Numbered from the stretch's first letter, positions 27,678-36,045 are shown. The stretch is 39,833 nucleotides of DNA from an uncultured Methanosarcinales archaeon (GCA_964587045.1 CAZPJY010000018.1:1-39833); one strand, 5' to 3'. Notes: generated by a model from the letters alone, not told the origin. Numbers and translations: made by a program.

Positions 27678-28166
27678 ATGAAGAAAGCAATCGGAATCTC
27701 AGCTGTGCTCGTGCTGCTGCTTGCAAGCGCTGCCATGGCTGTTGATATGGTGATAACTCCGCAGCTAATACACCTCGATTATACTGACTCAAAAGACGTG
27801 ACAGTCTGCGTGTATAAGGCGGATGGCTCACCATACGCTAACCTGGCTTTGAGCATCACTGCACAGTGCCAAGATCTCAATGGTGATGAGGTTTGCAGCC
27901 CAGCAGAAGATGGCAATGCCGCAGCGATTTTCAACGCTGCTGTGAAGACATCCCCAACTGATGCAAATGGTTGCGGTGAGGTAACACTGACCACAAATAA
28001 CGCTCAAGGCGGAACCTTTGCGTATCATGTCAACAGCATGACTGGCGCTGGCGCTTATGTCGACGAGGAAGCTGGACTCGCTTACATACCCGAGTTCACC
28101 ACAGTCGGTGCTGCTCTCGTCCTGCTCGGTGCAGGTGCGATGGTTCTGCGAAAGAAGAGGAAGTAA
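27678..28166 (+). CDS. PEF-CTERM protein 1 (Ig-like/Big_1-like passenger)
   Basis: Signal MKKAIGISAVLVLLLASAAMA; TDANGCGEVTLTT; tail YIPEFTTVGAALVLLGAGAMVLRKKRK. Confidence 0.88.
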   Translation: MKKAIGISAVLVLLLASAAMAVDMVITPQLIHLDYTDSKDVTVCVYKADGSPYANLALSITAQCQDLNGDEVCSPAEDGNAAAIFNAAVKTSPTDANGCGEVTLTTNNAQGGTFAYHVNSMTGAGAYVDEEAGLAYIPEFTTVGAALVLLGAGAMVLRKKRK

Positions 28167-28190
28167 TTCCTCACATTTTTTTCTGTTTTT
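28157..28190 (+). terminator. Stop-overlapping hairpin plus T-run
   Basis: GAGGAA-GTAA-TTCCTC followed by T-tracts. Confidence 0.45.
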
Positions 28191-28210
28191 CAAATAGGGG
28201 GGTGTGAAGT

Positions 28211-28555
28211 GTGAAGATAGTTGGGCTAATGTTTCTATTATCTATAGTGTTGGCTCTATCGGCAGCTGCCTCATTTTGCGTCGACTGCGCAGGAGGATGC
28301 ATGTACCCGATGGACGCCGCCGGAAACGTTCTCGGACCATCACAGGATTGCCCGCCCATTCCTAATTGTGTCTGCCAAGAGGTAGTACCTGTCGGCGGCA
28401 ATCCGAGCTCAGGCTATGTTGAACCTCAGACTCCTGGCGTGTACTGGGAGGGTCAGTGTGTAATCGACGAGCCTGACATTCCCGAGTTCACACTCATAGG
28501 TGCCGGACTTGCGATGCTCGGCGCCGGTATCATAATCTGGAGGAGGACAAAATGA
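28211..28555 (+). CDS. PEF-CTERM protein 2 (small Cys-rich)
   Basis: Signal peptide; tail DIPEFTLIGAGLAMLGAGIIIWRRTK. Confidence 0.88.
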   Translation: MKIVGLMFLLSIVLALSAAASFCVDCAGGCMYPMDAAGNVLGPSQDCPPIPNCVCQEVVPVGGNPSSGYVEPQTPGVYWEGQCVIDEPDIPEFTLIGAGLAMLGAGIIIWRRTK

Positions 28556-29025
28556 AAGGTATGCTTAGTCTCATAATATTTATCTTGATGGCAGGCATGG
28601 CCTTGGCGGCACCTGTGAAGATCACTGGTGCGGGTGAGGCGTATGGCCACCATGGCTCATGCGGCTCATGGAATGGCTGCGGCAATGCGGAGACCTGCGC
28701 CCAGTGGGCGTGTGAAATCAACGGATTCGGTACAGCCGTCTCTTATGTTGCGACCAATTGCTTCGCGCTAAGTGACAAGGACTGCCAGCTTTTCAGCGAA
28801 AAGGACAGTGTCGATTGCGGTTGGGATATGAACTGCGACGTCCCTGTTGTGACCGATATATGGTGTGACGACGGCTCGTACAGCGGCTACTGCTTCGCTG
28901 AACTGCCACCTCAGGAGAATGCGCCTGAGGGCGATGGAGATATTCCTGAGTTCACAGCGATCGGCGCTGGACTTGCGATGCTCGGCGCAGCTGGTTTCAT
29001 CGCGATTAGGAAGAAATTATATTAA
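28552..29025 (+). CDS. PEF-CTERM protein 3 (Cys-rich)
   Basis: Signal peptide; HHGSCGSWNGCGNAETCAQWAC; tail DIPEFTAIGAGLAMLGAAGFIAIRKKLY. Confidence 0.88.
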   Translation: MKGMLSLIIFILMAGMALAAPVKITGAGEAYGHHGSCGSWNGCGNAETCAQWACEINGFGTAVSYVATNCFALSDKDCQLFSEKDSVDCGWDMNCDVPVVTDIWCDDGSYSGYCFAELPPQENAPEGDGDIPEFTAIGAGLAMLGAAGFIAIRKKLY

Positions 29026-29039
29026 TAGGGGGTGTAAGA

Positions 29040-29987
29040 ATGAAACGATTGATGATTGTATTGCTATTACTCATCATGGCGACGAGTGTCTTGGCAGAGA
29101 CTGTGGTCGATGTGACCATTACAGATCCGCAGGACAGTGACGTAACGTGCGCTGATGAGATCTGTGTTTACGGATTTGCGACAGCTGTCGGTGGAGGCGG
29201 CGAGCTCGATGTCATCTTCGTTATGGACACGTCAGGCAGTATGGGCTGGAATGATCCATCAGAATACCGAAAGATCGGGGCAAAAGCGCTTATAGACGTT
29301 CTTCCCGAAGGGACCCAAGTTGCTATCGCTGTTGAGGATTTCGATTCATGGGCTACAGTCGTGCTTCCTTTCACTGATGACCATGCTGCGGCGAAGGCTG
29401 CGATTGATGCCCTTGATGCCGCCGGCGGCACTGATATCGGCTACGCCCTTGAGGTTGCGAATAGTTATATGATCGCAAATGGAAGGGTCGGAGCTGCACA
29501 TGTGGAGATCCTCTTCACCGATGGGGACGACTCCTCCAACACAGCGACTCCAGCGGCCACTGCTGCTGCGAACAGCATAGTCATCCATACCATGGGCCTT
29601 GGAAGTGGTGTGAACGCCGCAAAGCTGCAGGCAATCGCTGATACGACCGGCGGCACATACACGTATGTCGATGACCCGGCAAACCTGCCCAACGTCTTCC
29701 CGGCGCTTTCGCTCACAAACATTGTTGGCGTTACGGTGAACGGGAATGCGGCGACGCTGTACCCGAATGGAAATTTCGAGTATTGCTGGCTGCCACTCTC
29801 TTTCGGGCCGAACACGATCATTGCGGAAGCCACTGCAACTGACCAGACGACTGGCTTCGATGAGATAACTGTTGAGCGTACCGATATTTGCGGTGAGCCT
29901 GGTGACATACCAGAGTTTACCGTAATTGGTGCAGGACTCGCGCTGCTGGGCGCAGCTGGTTTTATCGCGTTCAAGAAGAGGAAGTAA
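29040..29987 (+). CDS. PEF-CTERM protein 4 (vWA domain)
   Basis: MIDAS DTSGSM, GGTDIG, FTDG and LQAIADTTGGTY; tail DIPEFTVIGAGLALLGAAGFIAFKKRK. Confidence 0.92.
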   Translation: MKRLMIVLLLLIMATSVLAETVVDVTITDPQDSDVTCADEICVYGFATAVGGGGELDVIFVMDTSGSMGWNDPSEYRKIGAKALIDVLPEGTQVAIAVEDFDSWATVVLPFTDDHAAAKAAIDALDAAGGTDIGYALEVANSYMIANGRVGAAHVEILFTDGDDSSNTATPAATAAANSIVIHTMGLGSGVNAAKLQAIADTTGGTYTYVDDPANLPNVFPALSLTNIVGVTVNGNAATLYPNGNFEYCWLPLSFGPNTIIAEATATDQTTGFDEITVERTDICGEPGDIPEFTVIGAGLALLGAAGFIAFKKRK

Positions 29988-30011
29988 TTCCTCAAATTTT
30001 TCAATTTTTTT
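29978..30011 (+). terminator. Stop-overlapping hairpin plus T-run
   Basis: Identical GAGGAA-GTAA-TTCCTC followed by T-tracts. Confidence 0.45.
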
Positions 30012-30021
30012 GGGTGATAAA

Positions 30022-30588
30022 ATGAAACAGGGAATGCTGTTAATTATGCTGATAATGTTGTCTTCAGTAGCTGCAGGAGGAGAATTAGCTTTATTTGTCC
30101 CGCAATGTACCCTTCCTGGGGTAAACGTGGCACACAATCCGGGCGCCTCCATCGTCGTCTGTGACGATCCGCAGGACTCGACGTGCGAGCAGGACTTCGC
30201 GACCCTTTGCCCGGTAGGCTATGACCTATGCACTGCAGACCAGTACAACGCCGGGAACGACAACTGGGACGGTACGGTAACCGAGCGGATGCTCGGCGAG
30301 ATCCACTGCCGGGGCCAAAATATAGATTCGGGCGCTGGGCATTACTCCATCTGGACCAAGGATGTACCTTATAGTGTCGATGTGCCTGATAACGATATAG
30401 CTGGCTCTTCCATCCCAGGGGTTTGCGAGTCTAACTACGGCTGCAACGAGCAGTGGTACTACGCACTCTGCTGCGCAGAGGACGTGCCTGAAGATGATGG
30501 CGGTGACATTCCTGAGTTCACAGCCATAGGGGCAGGCCTGGCTTTGCTTGGTGCTGCGGGCTTAGTGGCTTTCAGGAAGAGGAAGTAA
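30022..30588 (+). CDS. PEF-CTERM protein 5 (Cys-rich)
   Basis: Start MKQGMLLIML after GGGTGA; tail DIPEFTAIGAGLALLGAAGLVAFRKRK. Confidence 0.88.
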   Translation: MKQGMLLIMLIMLSSVAAGGELALFVPQCTLPGVNVAHNPGASIVVCDDPQDSTCEQDFATLCPVGYDLCTADQYNAGNDNWDGTVTERMLGEIHCRGQNIDSGAGHYSIWTKDVPYSVDVPDNDIAGSSIPGVCESNYGCNEQWYYALCCAEDVPEDDGGDIPEFTAIGAGLALLGAAGLVAFRKRK

Positions 30589-30610
30589 CGAAAGGTTTTT
30601 ATATTCTTTT

Positions 30611-30627
30611 TTACTTCTTAGTAGTAA
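30611..30627. promoter_or_regulatory. Palindrome just downstream of a TATA-like box
   Basis: TTACTTCTTAGTAGTAA, 15/17 identical to 35524..35540; preceded by CGAAAGG TTTTTATA. Confidence 0.55.
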
Positions 30628-30693
30628 ATTATTACTTAAGGGTAATTATTATAAAGAAACGGAAGATCCACAAGACCTTCCAAAGGTGAGAAA

Positions 30694-31161
30694 ATGAACA
30701 AAAGCATTGTATATGTCATGCTGATTACACTTCTAGCATCAATAGCAACCGCCACACCTGGAGCTATTTGGACCACAGATGCTGCTGGCGTGCCTCAGGA
30801 TCAGAACATCTACGCACCTGGCCAGTGGGTCTACATCAAGGCTGCAAACCTTGAAGCGAGCGCAACATGCCCGTATGAAATCATCGATGTCGGCCAAGGC
30901 AACCTTGCTATATTCAACGGTGATGTTACAACAGACAGCAATGGTGACATCATCACGCCTCAGTTCGTCTTTGACACCACTAGTGCTGATGACGGCGTTT
31001 ACAAGGTTGAGGTCACATGCCCTGGTGCAGGGAAGAAGTCGGACAACTTCAAGGTCGAAGGGGCTGACGACGGCGACGGTGATGTTCCCGAGTTCACGAC
31101 CATCGGTGCTGCTCTTGCCCTTGCAGGTGCTGGCTTCGTGGTGTGGCGAAGAAAGCGGTAA
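30694..31161 (+). CDS. PEF-CTERM protein 6 (beta-sandwich-like)
   Basis: Signal peptide; GAIWTT...NIYAPGQWVYI; tail DVPEFTTIGAALALAGAGFVVWRRKR. Confidence 0.88.
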   Translation: MNKSIVYVMLITLLASIATATPGAIWTTDAAGVPQDQNIYAPGQWVYIKAANLEASATCPYEIIDVGQGNLAIFNGDVTTDSNGDIITPQFVFDTTSADDGVYKVEVTCPGAGKKSDNFKVEGADDGDGDVPEFTTIGAALALAGAGFVVWRRKR

Positions 31162-31195
31162 ACCATTTTTTTTAACTTTCTAACAACTTCTAATT

Positions 31196-31223
31196 CTTGA
31201 TACCACTCATTAGTGACTTCAAA
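31196..31223. promoter_or_regulatory. Palindromic operator-like site upstream of BRE/TATA
   Basis: CTTG-ATAC-CACT-CATT-AGTG-ACTT-CAAA, followed by ATAGCAAGGC TTTTAAATA. Confidence 0.65.
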
Positions 31224-31321
31224 ATAGCAAGGCTTTTAAATAACCTATTTCTCACCCCCTGTTACATCAGGATTAATTTTTTTGATTCATAAGCAAACCA
31301 TTCGAATGGAGGAATAAGAAA

Positions 31322-31978
31322 ATGATGAAGATTTTGGTAACAGCGATGATGCTCGTCCTACTGGCGGGCATGGTGTCTGCAGCGGATGTTGTTTTACTGC
31401 AGGAGGATTTCGAGACAGGATATGACGGGTGGACTGTCTTCGGCGGCGATGGCGTCTTTGACGTTACAACCGATGATAGTTACAGCTACAGGCGAAGCTG
31501 CCCTGGAGATTTCTCCGCGTGCGGAGGCGACGGTAAGAATGATTATTTCGAGGCTGAGGATGATGCTGGGATTAAAGTACAGATTGATGCTTCCCAGTGC
31601 TCTCAGGATGCTGTCGTGACCTTCTGGACAAGGACCAGAAGTGCGGGCTCTGGCGACGATGCCACATTCTCTTACAGCCTTACTGGTTTAGGGCAGGAGA
31701 AGTATTGGCTAAGATTAGTCGAGCGCCGAGGAGACAGCTGGGTACAGTATGCTGAGACCATACCCGGTTCGGCCGGTACCACGTTCTATGCAGCGTTCTG
31801 GCTGAATGACGGTGAAGGCGACTATGGCCTATTCGACGACATCGAAGTGACCTGCGCGATCAGCGATGACGGCGGAGATCCTGGACAGCCAGGAGATGAC
31901 ATCCCAGAGTTCACGACCATCGGTGCTGCGCTGGCTCTTGCCGGTGCTGGATTTGTCATCTGGCGAAAGAAGCGATAA
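31322..31978 (+). CDS. PEF-CTERM protein 7 (MAM/CBM-like jelly-roll)
   Basis: LLQEDFETGYDGWT...FDDIEV; tail DIPEFTTIGAALALAGAGFVIWRKKR. Confidence 0.88.
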   Translation: MMKILVTAMMLVLLAGMVSAADVVLLQEDFETGYDGWTVFGGDGVFDVTTDDSYSYRRSCPGDFSACGGDGKNDYFEAEDDAGIKVQIDASQCSQDAVVTFWTRTRSAGSGDDATFSYSLTGLGQEKYWLRLVERRGDSWVQYAETIPGSAGTTFYAAFWLNDGEGDYGLFDDIEVTCAISDDGGDPGQPGDDIPEFTTIGAALALAGAGFVIWRKKR

Positions 31979-32011
31979 ATAAGATTTTTCTTTTTTTAAT
32001 CTTCCTTTCTC

Positions 32012-32039
32012 TTTGATACCACTCAGTAGTGACTTCAAA
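32012..32039. promoter_or_regulatory. Palindromic operator-like site upstream of BRE/TATA
   Basis: TTTG-ATAC-CACT-CAGT-AGTG-ACTT-CAAA, 26/28 identical to 31196..31223, followed by CTCGAAAGG TTTAATAA. Confidence 0.65.
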
Positions 32040-32121
32040 CTCGAAAGGTTTAATAATAAGTTAATTTCAACCACCCAGAAAGCTTCGGTTTTAACATATT
32101 TCGGAATATGGAGGAAATAAA

Positions 32122-32679
32122 ATGAATAAGATTTTTGTAACAGCTTTGATGCTTGTCCTGATGGCAGGTATAGTGTCCGCGTGCCCTCCGCAAGGTCTCA
32201 CCTGTCCGGCTGGGACTGTTGAGGTGTACGGGGCTTCAGTAGCGGATGAGAAAGGAGCGGGCAACTCTGCCTGGGCAGTGGGAGCTCCTGACAACGCTTG
32301 GGCGACAATCTACAACTTCGCAGGCAATTACATCACCCTGGATATGGGTGCTGACGTGGTTGATTTGGTCGGCGTTGACCTGGAGATGTTCGGCGACTCA
32401 AGTTCAGAGAGCGTCAATATCTACGTCTCACAGAACCCGACCAGCGGCTTCGAGTGGGCAGGCGACCTCACCAATGAGGGTGTCGTCAACTTTCATGCCA
32501 CAAGCTATGATACCATCAGATATGTGAAGGTCGTCAATCCAAGCTACAGCAAATACGTCGAAGTCGACGCTGTGAAGGGATGCGCGAATGAGCAGGAGGA
32601 TGTTCCTGAGTTCACGACCCTAGGCGCTGCGCTGGCTCTTGCAGGTGCTGGATTCGTCGTCTGGCGAAAGAAGAAATAA
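32122..32679 (+). CDS. PEF-CTERM protein 8 (galactose-binding-like jelly-roll)
   Basis: AVGAPD...GNYITLDMG...IRYVKV...EVDAV; tail DVPEFTTLGAALALAGAGFVVWRKKK. Confidence 0.88.
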   Translation: MNKIFVTALMLVLMAGIVSACPPQGLTCPAGTVEVYGASVADEKGAGNSAWAVGAPDNAWATIYNFAGNYITLDMGADVVDLVGVDLEMFGDSSSESVNIYVSQNPTSGFEWAGDLTNEGVVNFHATSYDTIRYVKVVNPSYSKYVEVDAVKGCANEQEDVPEFTTLGAALALAGAGFVVWRKKK

Positions 32680-32824
32680 ATTCCCTTTTGTTTTTACTAA
32701 TTCTTTTTTATCTTATCACCATTCTCCAAGATACCTTTTTATATAAGTTTGAGCAAGCATCCCACGAAATGCCAATATCCTGTTCTTAGCAGGAGTTATT
32801 TGTCACGGGCATGGAGGAGAAAAT

Positions 32825-33238
32825 ATGAGACATGTTGTTTTATCTGCTTTGACACTGATTTTATTCGCTAACTTTGTTGTTGGGTCTATCGGTGCGCCCA
32901 CATGCGATCCAACCGCGTGCGAAGCGCTTTCGAATTCTTGTGCAGTCCGCTACTGCGTTCCAGTAGCGGTCGGGGTTGGTATGGTATGCGGGGGAAACTA
33001 TATGGAGTTGGGAACACCCTGCTCTGATGATGGTAATGAATGTACTGTCGGGATGTGCCTTGACGCCCAGTGCCTGGCCGAAGTCGCCGTCCAGGATGGC
33101 ACTCCATGCTCATCGGGCTCCTGCGTGCAGGGGCAATGCATACCGGACGAACCTGATATTCCCGAGTTCACCGCGATCAGTGCGGGAGTCGCACTGCTGG
33201 GCGCTGCAGGTTTTATAGCGCTGAAACGCTGGAAATAA
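32825..33238 (+). CDS. PEF-CTERM protein 9 (Cys-rich, CxDDGNxCT repeat)
   Basis: GTPCSDDGNECTVGMC...DGTPCSSGSCVQGQC; tail DIPEFTAISAGVALLGAAGFIALKRWK. Confidence 0.88.
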   Translation: MRHVVLSALTLILFANFVVGSIGAPTCDPTACEALSNSCAVRYCVPVAVGVGMVCGGNYMELGTPCSDDGNECTVGMCLDAQCLAEVAVQDGTPCSSGSCVQGQCIPDEPDIPEFTAISAGVALLGAAGFIALKRWK

Positions 33239-33464
33239 TTCCTTTTTAAATTTTTTTAACTTTCTTTTTAATGGGTATAGTTTCTATCACATAAATATTT
33301 ATTTATACTCAAAATCATGTAATTTTTTTCGGGGGGTAGGTATGACCTTAAGCAACCGACTAACATTATTGTAGATTTGTCTCAAAAAGTCGAATCTCGT
33401 TACTGCAGCAAACATCAAACCTCCATTCTATAAGAAAAGATATAAGAAAACAAAGGTGGAAAAC

Positions 33465-34103
33465 ATGAAAAAACTATTAGTGCTATTAGTGGCAATGGTG
33501 CTACTCGCGACAATGGCTAGCGCGACAGTGATGGATGATTTCTTGGACATCGGCAATGCAGCTGATGAGGCCGTGCATAACGCTGCCGGTTGGGGGGCTG
33601 TGAGCGGCGGTTTCTATGGGGATTATGACCGCAGTGACTCAATTGATGATGAGGGCGCTGGCGTTCAGAAGGACATCAGGGTCGTGTGGGATGTAGGCTG
33701 CGCTGATCAAACCAACACGGCATCGTTCGACCTGAACGCAGGCGCGAATACCGCGGTCGGCATCGTGTTCAGGTCGCTGGACGGCATCAGCGGCGCTGAC
33801 AGCTATGAGGTCTATGCGAACGGCAACTATGTGGGGACTTACCCTGAGGACGGCTATGTTGTGAGCGAGATATGGAACACTGTTGGATTCCAGCTTCCGA
33901 TGCCCATGACAGGCATCATACACGTAGAGATCGTTGCTATCGACCCGGCGTGGGGCTCCTGCAGCTCATGGGGCCAGGTCGCGATGAGCTGGTCTTATCT
34001 TGTGTATAAACAGGGAGATATCCCAGAATTCACCACCATCGGTGCGGCCCTCGCTTTGCTTGGAGCTGCCGGATTCGTCGCAATCAAGAAGAGAAAGCAG
34101 TAA
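33465..34103 (+). CDS. PEF-CTERM protein 10
   Basis: Signal MKKLLVLLVAMVLLATMASA; tail DIPEFTTIGAALALLGAAGFVAIKKRKQ. Confidence 0.88.
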   Translation: MKKLLVLLVAMVLLATMASATVMDDFLDIGNAADEAVHNAAGWGAVSGGFYGDYDRSDSIDDEGAGVQKDIRVVWDVGCADQTNTASFDLNAGANTAVGIVFRSLDGISGADSYEVYANGNYVGTYPEDGYVVSEIWNTVGFQLPMPMTGIIHVEIVAIDPAWGSCSSWGQVAMSWSYLVYKQGDIPEFTTIGAALALLGAAGFVAIKKRKQ

Positions 34104-34125
34104 TCCCTACCAGGAGTTGACGACG

Positions 34126-35451
34126 ATGAAAACGATAGTGTACATTCTGTTGGTGCTATTCTGTATGGGATTCGCATCAGCGGCAACGATAAGCATCGAT
34201 GAGGATGGCGGAGATGCCAACACGTACAAGGGGACGCTTGATTACATGGATCCGAGCGTCAATGTCGAATTCGACTATCCGTACAGCCATCAGCATAGGC
34301 TCACAGGGACAATTACCGCCGAAGGGCTCAAGCCTGATTTCACGTACCAGGTCAAGCTCATGGGCAAGCCAACATGCCTGTACGGGGCCAGCGGAGACGA
34401 CGATGCCAACGAATACCTCGGCTATGCAGGAAGATGGACCTGCGCGGACTGCGGAGGCACTGCGCTCTCAAGGAACCGTAATGACGCACAGTATCTCGCA
34501 AACAGTTACTATAAGGGTGATGGGTCAGAGTGCATACAGGGATACTTGGTGTTCGACTATTTCACCACTGATAGCGGGGGTGACATGTCAGGCAAGGTGG
34601 TACTGTCCGACAGCAGCTACCACGTACTCTGGTGCAACGGAGGAGTGTGCGGCACATCAGTTAATAGCTTTCTTGTCGATGGGCTTTGCGCCCCGGGAGA
34701 TGTGGAAGGCCAGATAGAGAGAGGCTCATGCGGCTCTCTCATCCTCAATCCGGGCACATATGAGGCTGTCATCGCCCTCACTGAAGAGTCTTTCCACCAG
34801 GGTGACTGGGCGACCGTCCTCAAGAAGGACATCGAGTTCGAGATAACCGACGGTGTCGTGGAACCGCCAGTGTGTGACCAGGAACTCGACTACATCAACA
34901 TCGGTGATCCGGCGAGCGAGGACGGCCATGACCTGCAGGGCTGGAGTGATGTGAACGGCAATTGGGTTCCAGGTGCTTCGACCTACGGCTACGGGCCTGC
35001 TGATCAGACCTTCAGGCTGTTGATGGGCTCTGGGGATGGCTGCGGCGACGCGTTCAGGGAAGCTTATCTGAGCTTCGATGTCGGAACGAATGTGGCATAT
35101 TCGCTCGAGTTCGAGCACCTGGATGGGAGTCAGCCTGACGAGTTCGAGGTGTATGTGTGGTACAATGAGGCCTGGGAGCCCATCGGCACGTATTACCAGG
35201 CGAGCATAACCGAAGACTGGGTCACCACTTCCTTTGACCTGCCGGCGGGCATGACCGGACAGATCGATGTCATGCTCTACTTGATTTCGCCGCAGGTAGG
35301 ATGGTGCATGGACTGGGGCCAGACTGGTTTCAGCTGGGCGAAGGTCTACGGGTGCACACAGCAAGAGGACATACCCGAGTTCACTACCATCGGCGCTGGT
35401 CTTGCACTGCTGGGCGCTGCAGGTTTCGTGGCCTTGAGAAGGAAGAAATAA
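34126..35451 (+). CDS. PEF-CTERM protein 11 (two-domain; C-domain paralogous to protein 10)
   Basis: Start MKTIVYILLV after CAGGAG; tail DIPEFTTIGAGLALLGAAGFVALRRKK. Confidence 0.88.
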   Translation: MKTIVYILLVLFCMGFASAATISIDEDGGDANTYKGTLDYMDPSVNVEFDYPYSHQHRLTGTITAEGLKPDFTYQVKLMGKPTCLYGASGDDDANEYLGYAGRWTCADCGGTALSRNRNDAQYLANSYYKGDGSECIQGYLVFDYFTTDSGGDMSGKVVLSDSSYHVLWCNGGVCGTSVNSFLVDGLCAPGDVEGQIERGSCGSLILNPGTYEAVIALTEESFHQGDWATVLKKDIEFEITDGVVEPPVCDQELDYINIGDPASEDGHDLQGWSDVNGNWVPGASTYGYGPADQTFRLLMGSGDGCGDAFREAYLSFDVGTNVAYSLEFEHLDGSQPDEFEVYVWYNEAWEPIGTYYQASITEDWVTTSFDLPAGMTGQIDVMLYLISPQVGWCMDWGQTGFSWAKVYGCTQQEDIPEFTTIGAGLALLGAAGFVALRRKK

Positions 35452-35523
35452 ATTTTTTTTATCTCTTTTCCTTATTTTAACCACTATTTAGTAATTATAA
35501 TAGGAAGATTTATATATTATTAT

Positions 35524-35540
35524 TTACTACTAAGTAGTAA
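35524..35540. promoter_or_regulatory. Palindrome between TATA box and start codon
   Basis: TTACTACT-A-AGTAGTAA, a perfect inverted repeat. TTTATATA at 35509; ATG at 35542. Confidence 0.6.
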
Positions 35541-35541
35541 C

Positions 35542-36045
35542 ATGAAGATATTTGCTCTATCGCTGATGATATTGGTCATGCTAAGCCTAGCTTCTGCCGC
35601 AGACCCTGTAGTCATGCCCTACAACTGCGCTGGCTTCGGCCAGAACGAGTTTGACGTCGGAGATGACATCTGCGTCTACGGCACAGGCTTCTCAGAAGGT
35701 CAGGAGTACGACATCCACATCGTGGAGGATCAAGGGGCCTACAACGCAGGGGACAGCCCCACCATAGTAGCGACCAAGACAGTCCAGACCTCTGGATTCG
35801 TGCTGGGCTTGACCAAGCTCTGGACAGCTGTCAAGGCAGGATTCTACGACCTTTTCGTCGACTCAGACCAGGACTCACAGTATTCGGAAGGCGACAGCGT
35901 CAACATCGGCGAGGGTCCTGGGGTAACAGTTAGAGGCGACGATACTGAAGACCCGCCGCAGCCCGAGGTCCCCGAGTTCTCGACAGTGACCGCACTCCTC
36001 GCTCTGATAGGAGCAGGTATAATCATAAGGAGGAAATCAGGATGA
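35542..36045 (+). CDS. PEF-CTERM protein 12 (divergent tail)
   Basis: Signal peptide; tail EVPEFSTVTALLALIGAGIIIRRKSG. Confidence 0.85.
   Translation: MKIFALSLMILVMLSLASAADPVVMPYNCAGFGQNEFDVGDDICVYGTGFSEGQEYDIHIVEDQGAYNAGDSPTIVATKTVQTSGFVLGLTKLWTAVKAGFYDLFVDSDQDSQYSEGDSVNIGEGPGVTVRGDDTEDPPQPEVPEFSTVTALLALIGAGIIIRRKSG

Larger units (their letters stand above)
28083..36045 (+). repeat. Twelve dispersed copies of the PEF-CTERM tail-coding segment (about 80 bp each)
   Basis: Each array gene ends in CCNGARTTC + Thr/Ser codon, a Gly/Ala/Leu TM-coding stretch, basic codons and a stop. Copies 6, 7 and 8 are especially similar at the DNA level. Confidence 0.9.

Noticed and set aside
28083..36045. 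CRISPR array or integron cassette array
   Set aside because: The repeats are in-frame protein-coding tails with synonymous variation, spaced by whole genes. No cas or integrase gene and no attC-like sites were recognised.
27678..36045. Diversity-generating retroelement
   Set aside because: No reverse transcriptase in the window, and no template/variable repeat pair differing only at adenines.
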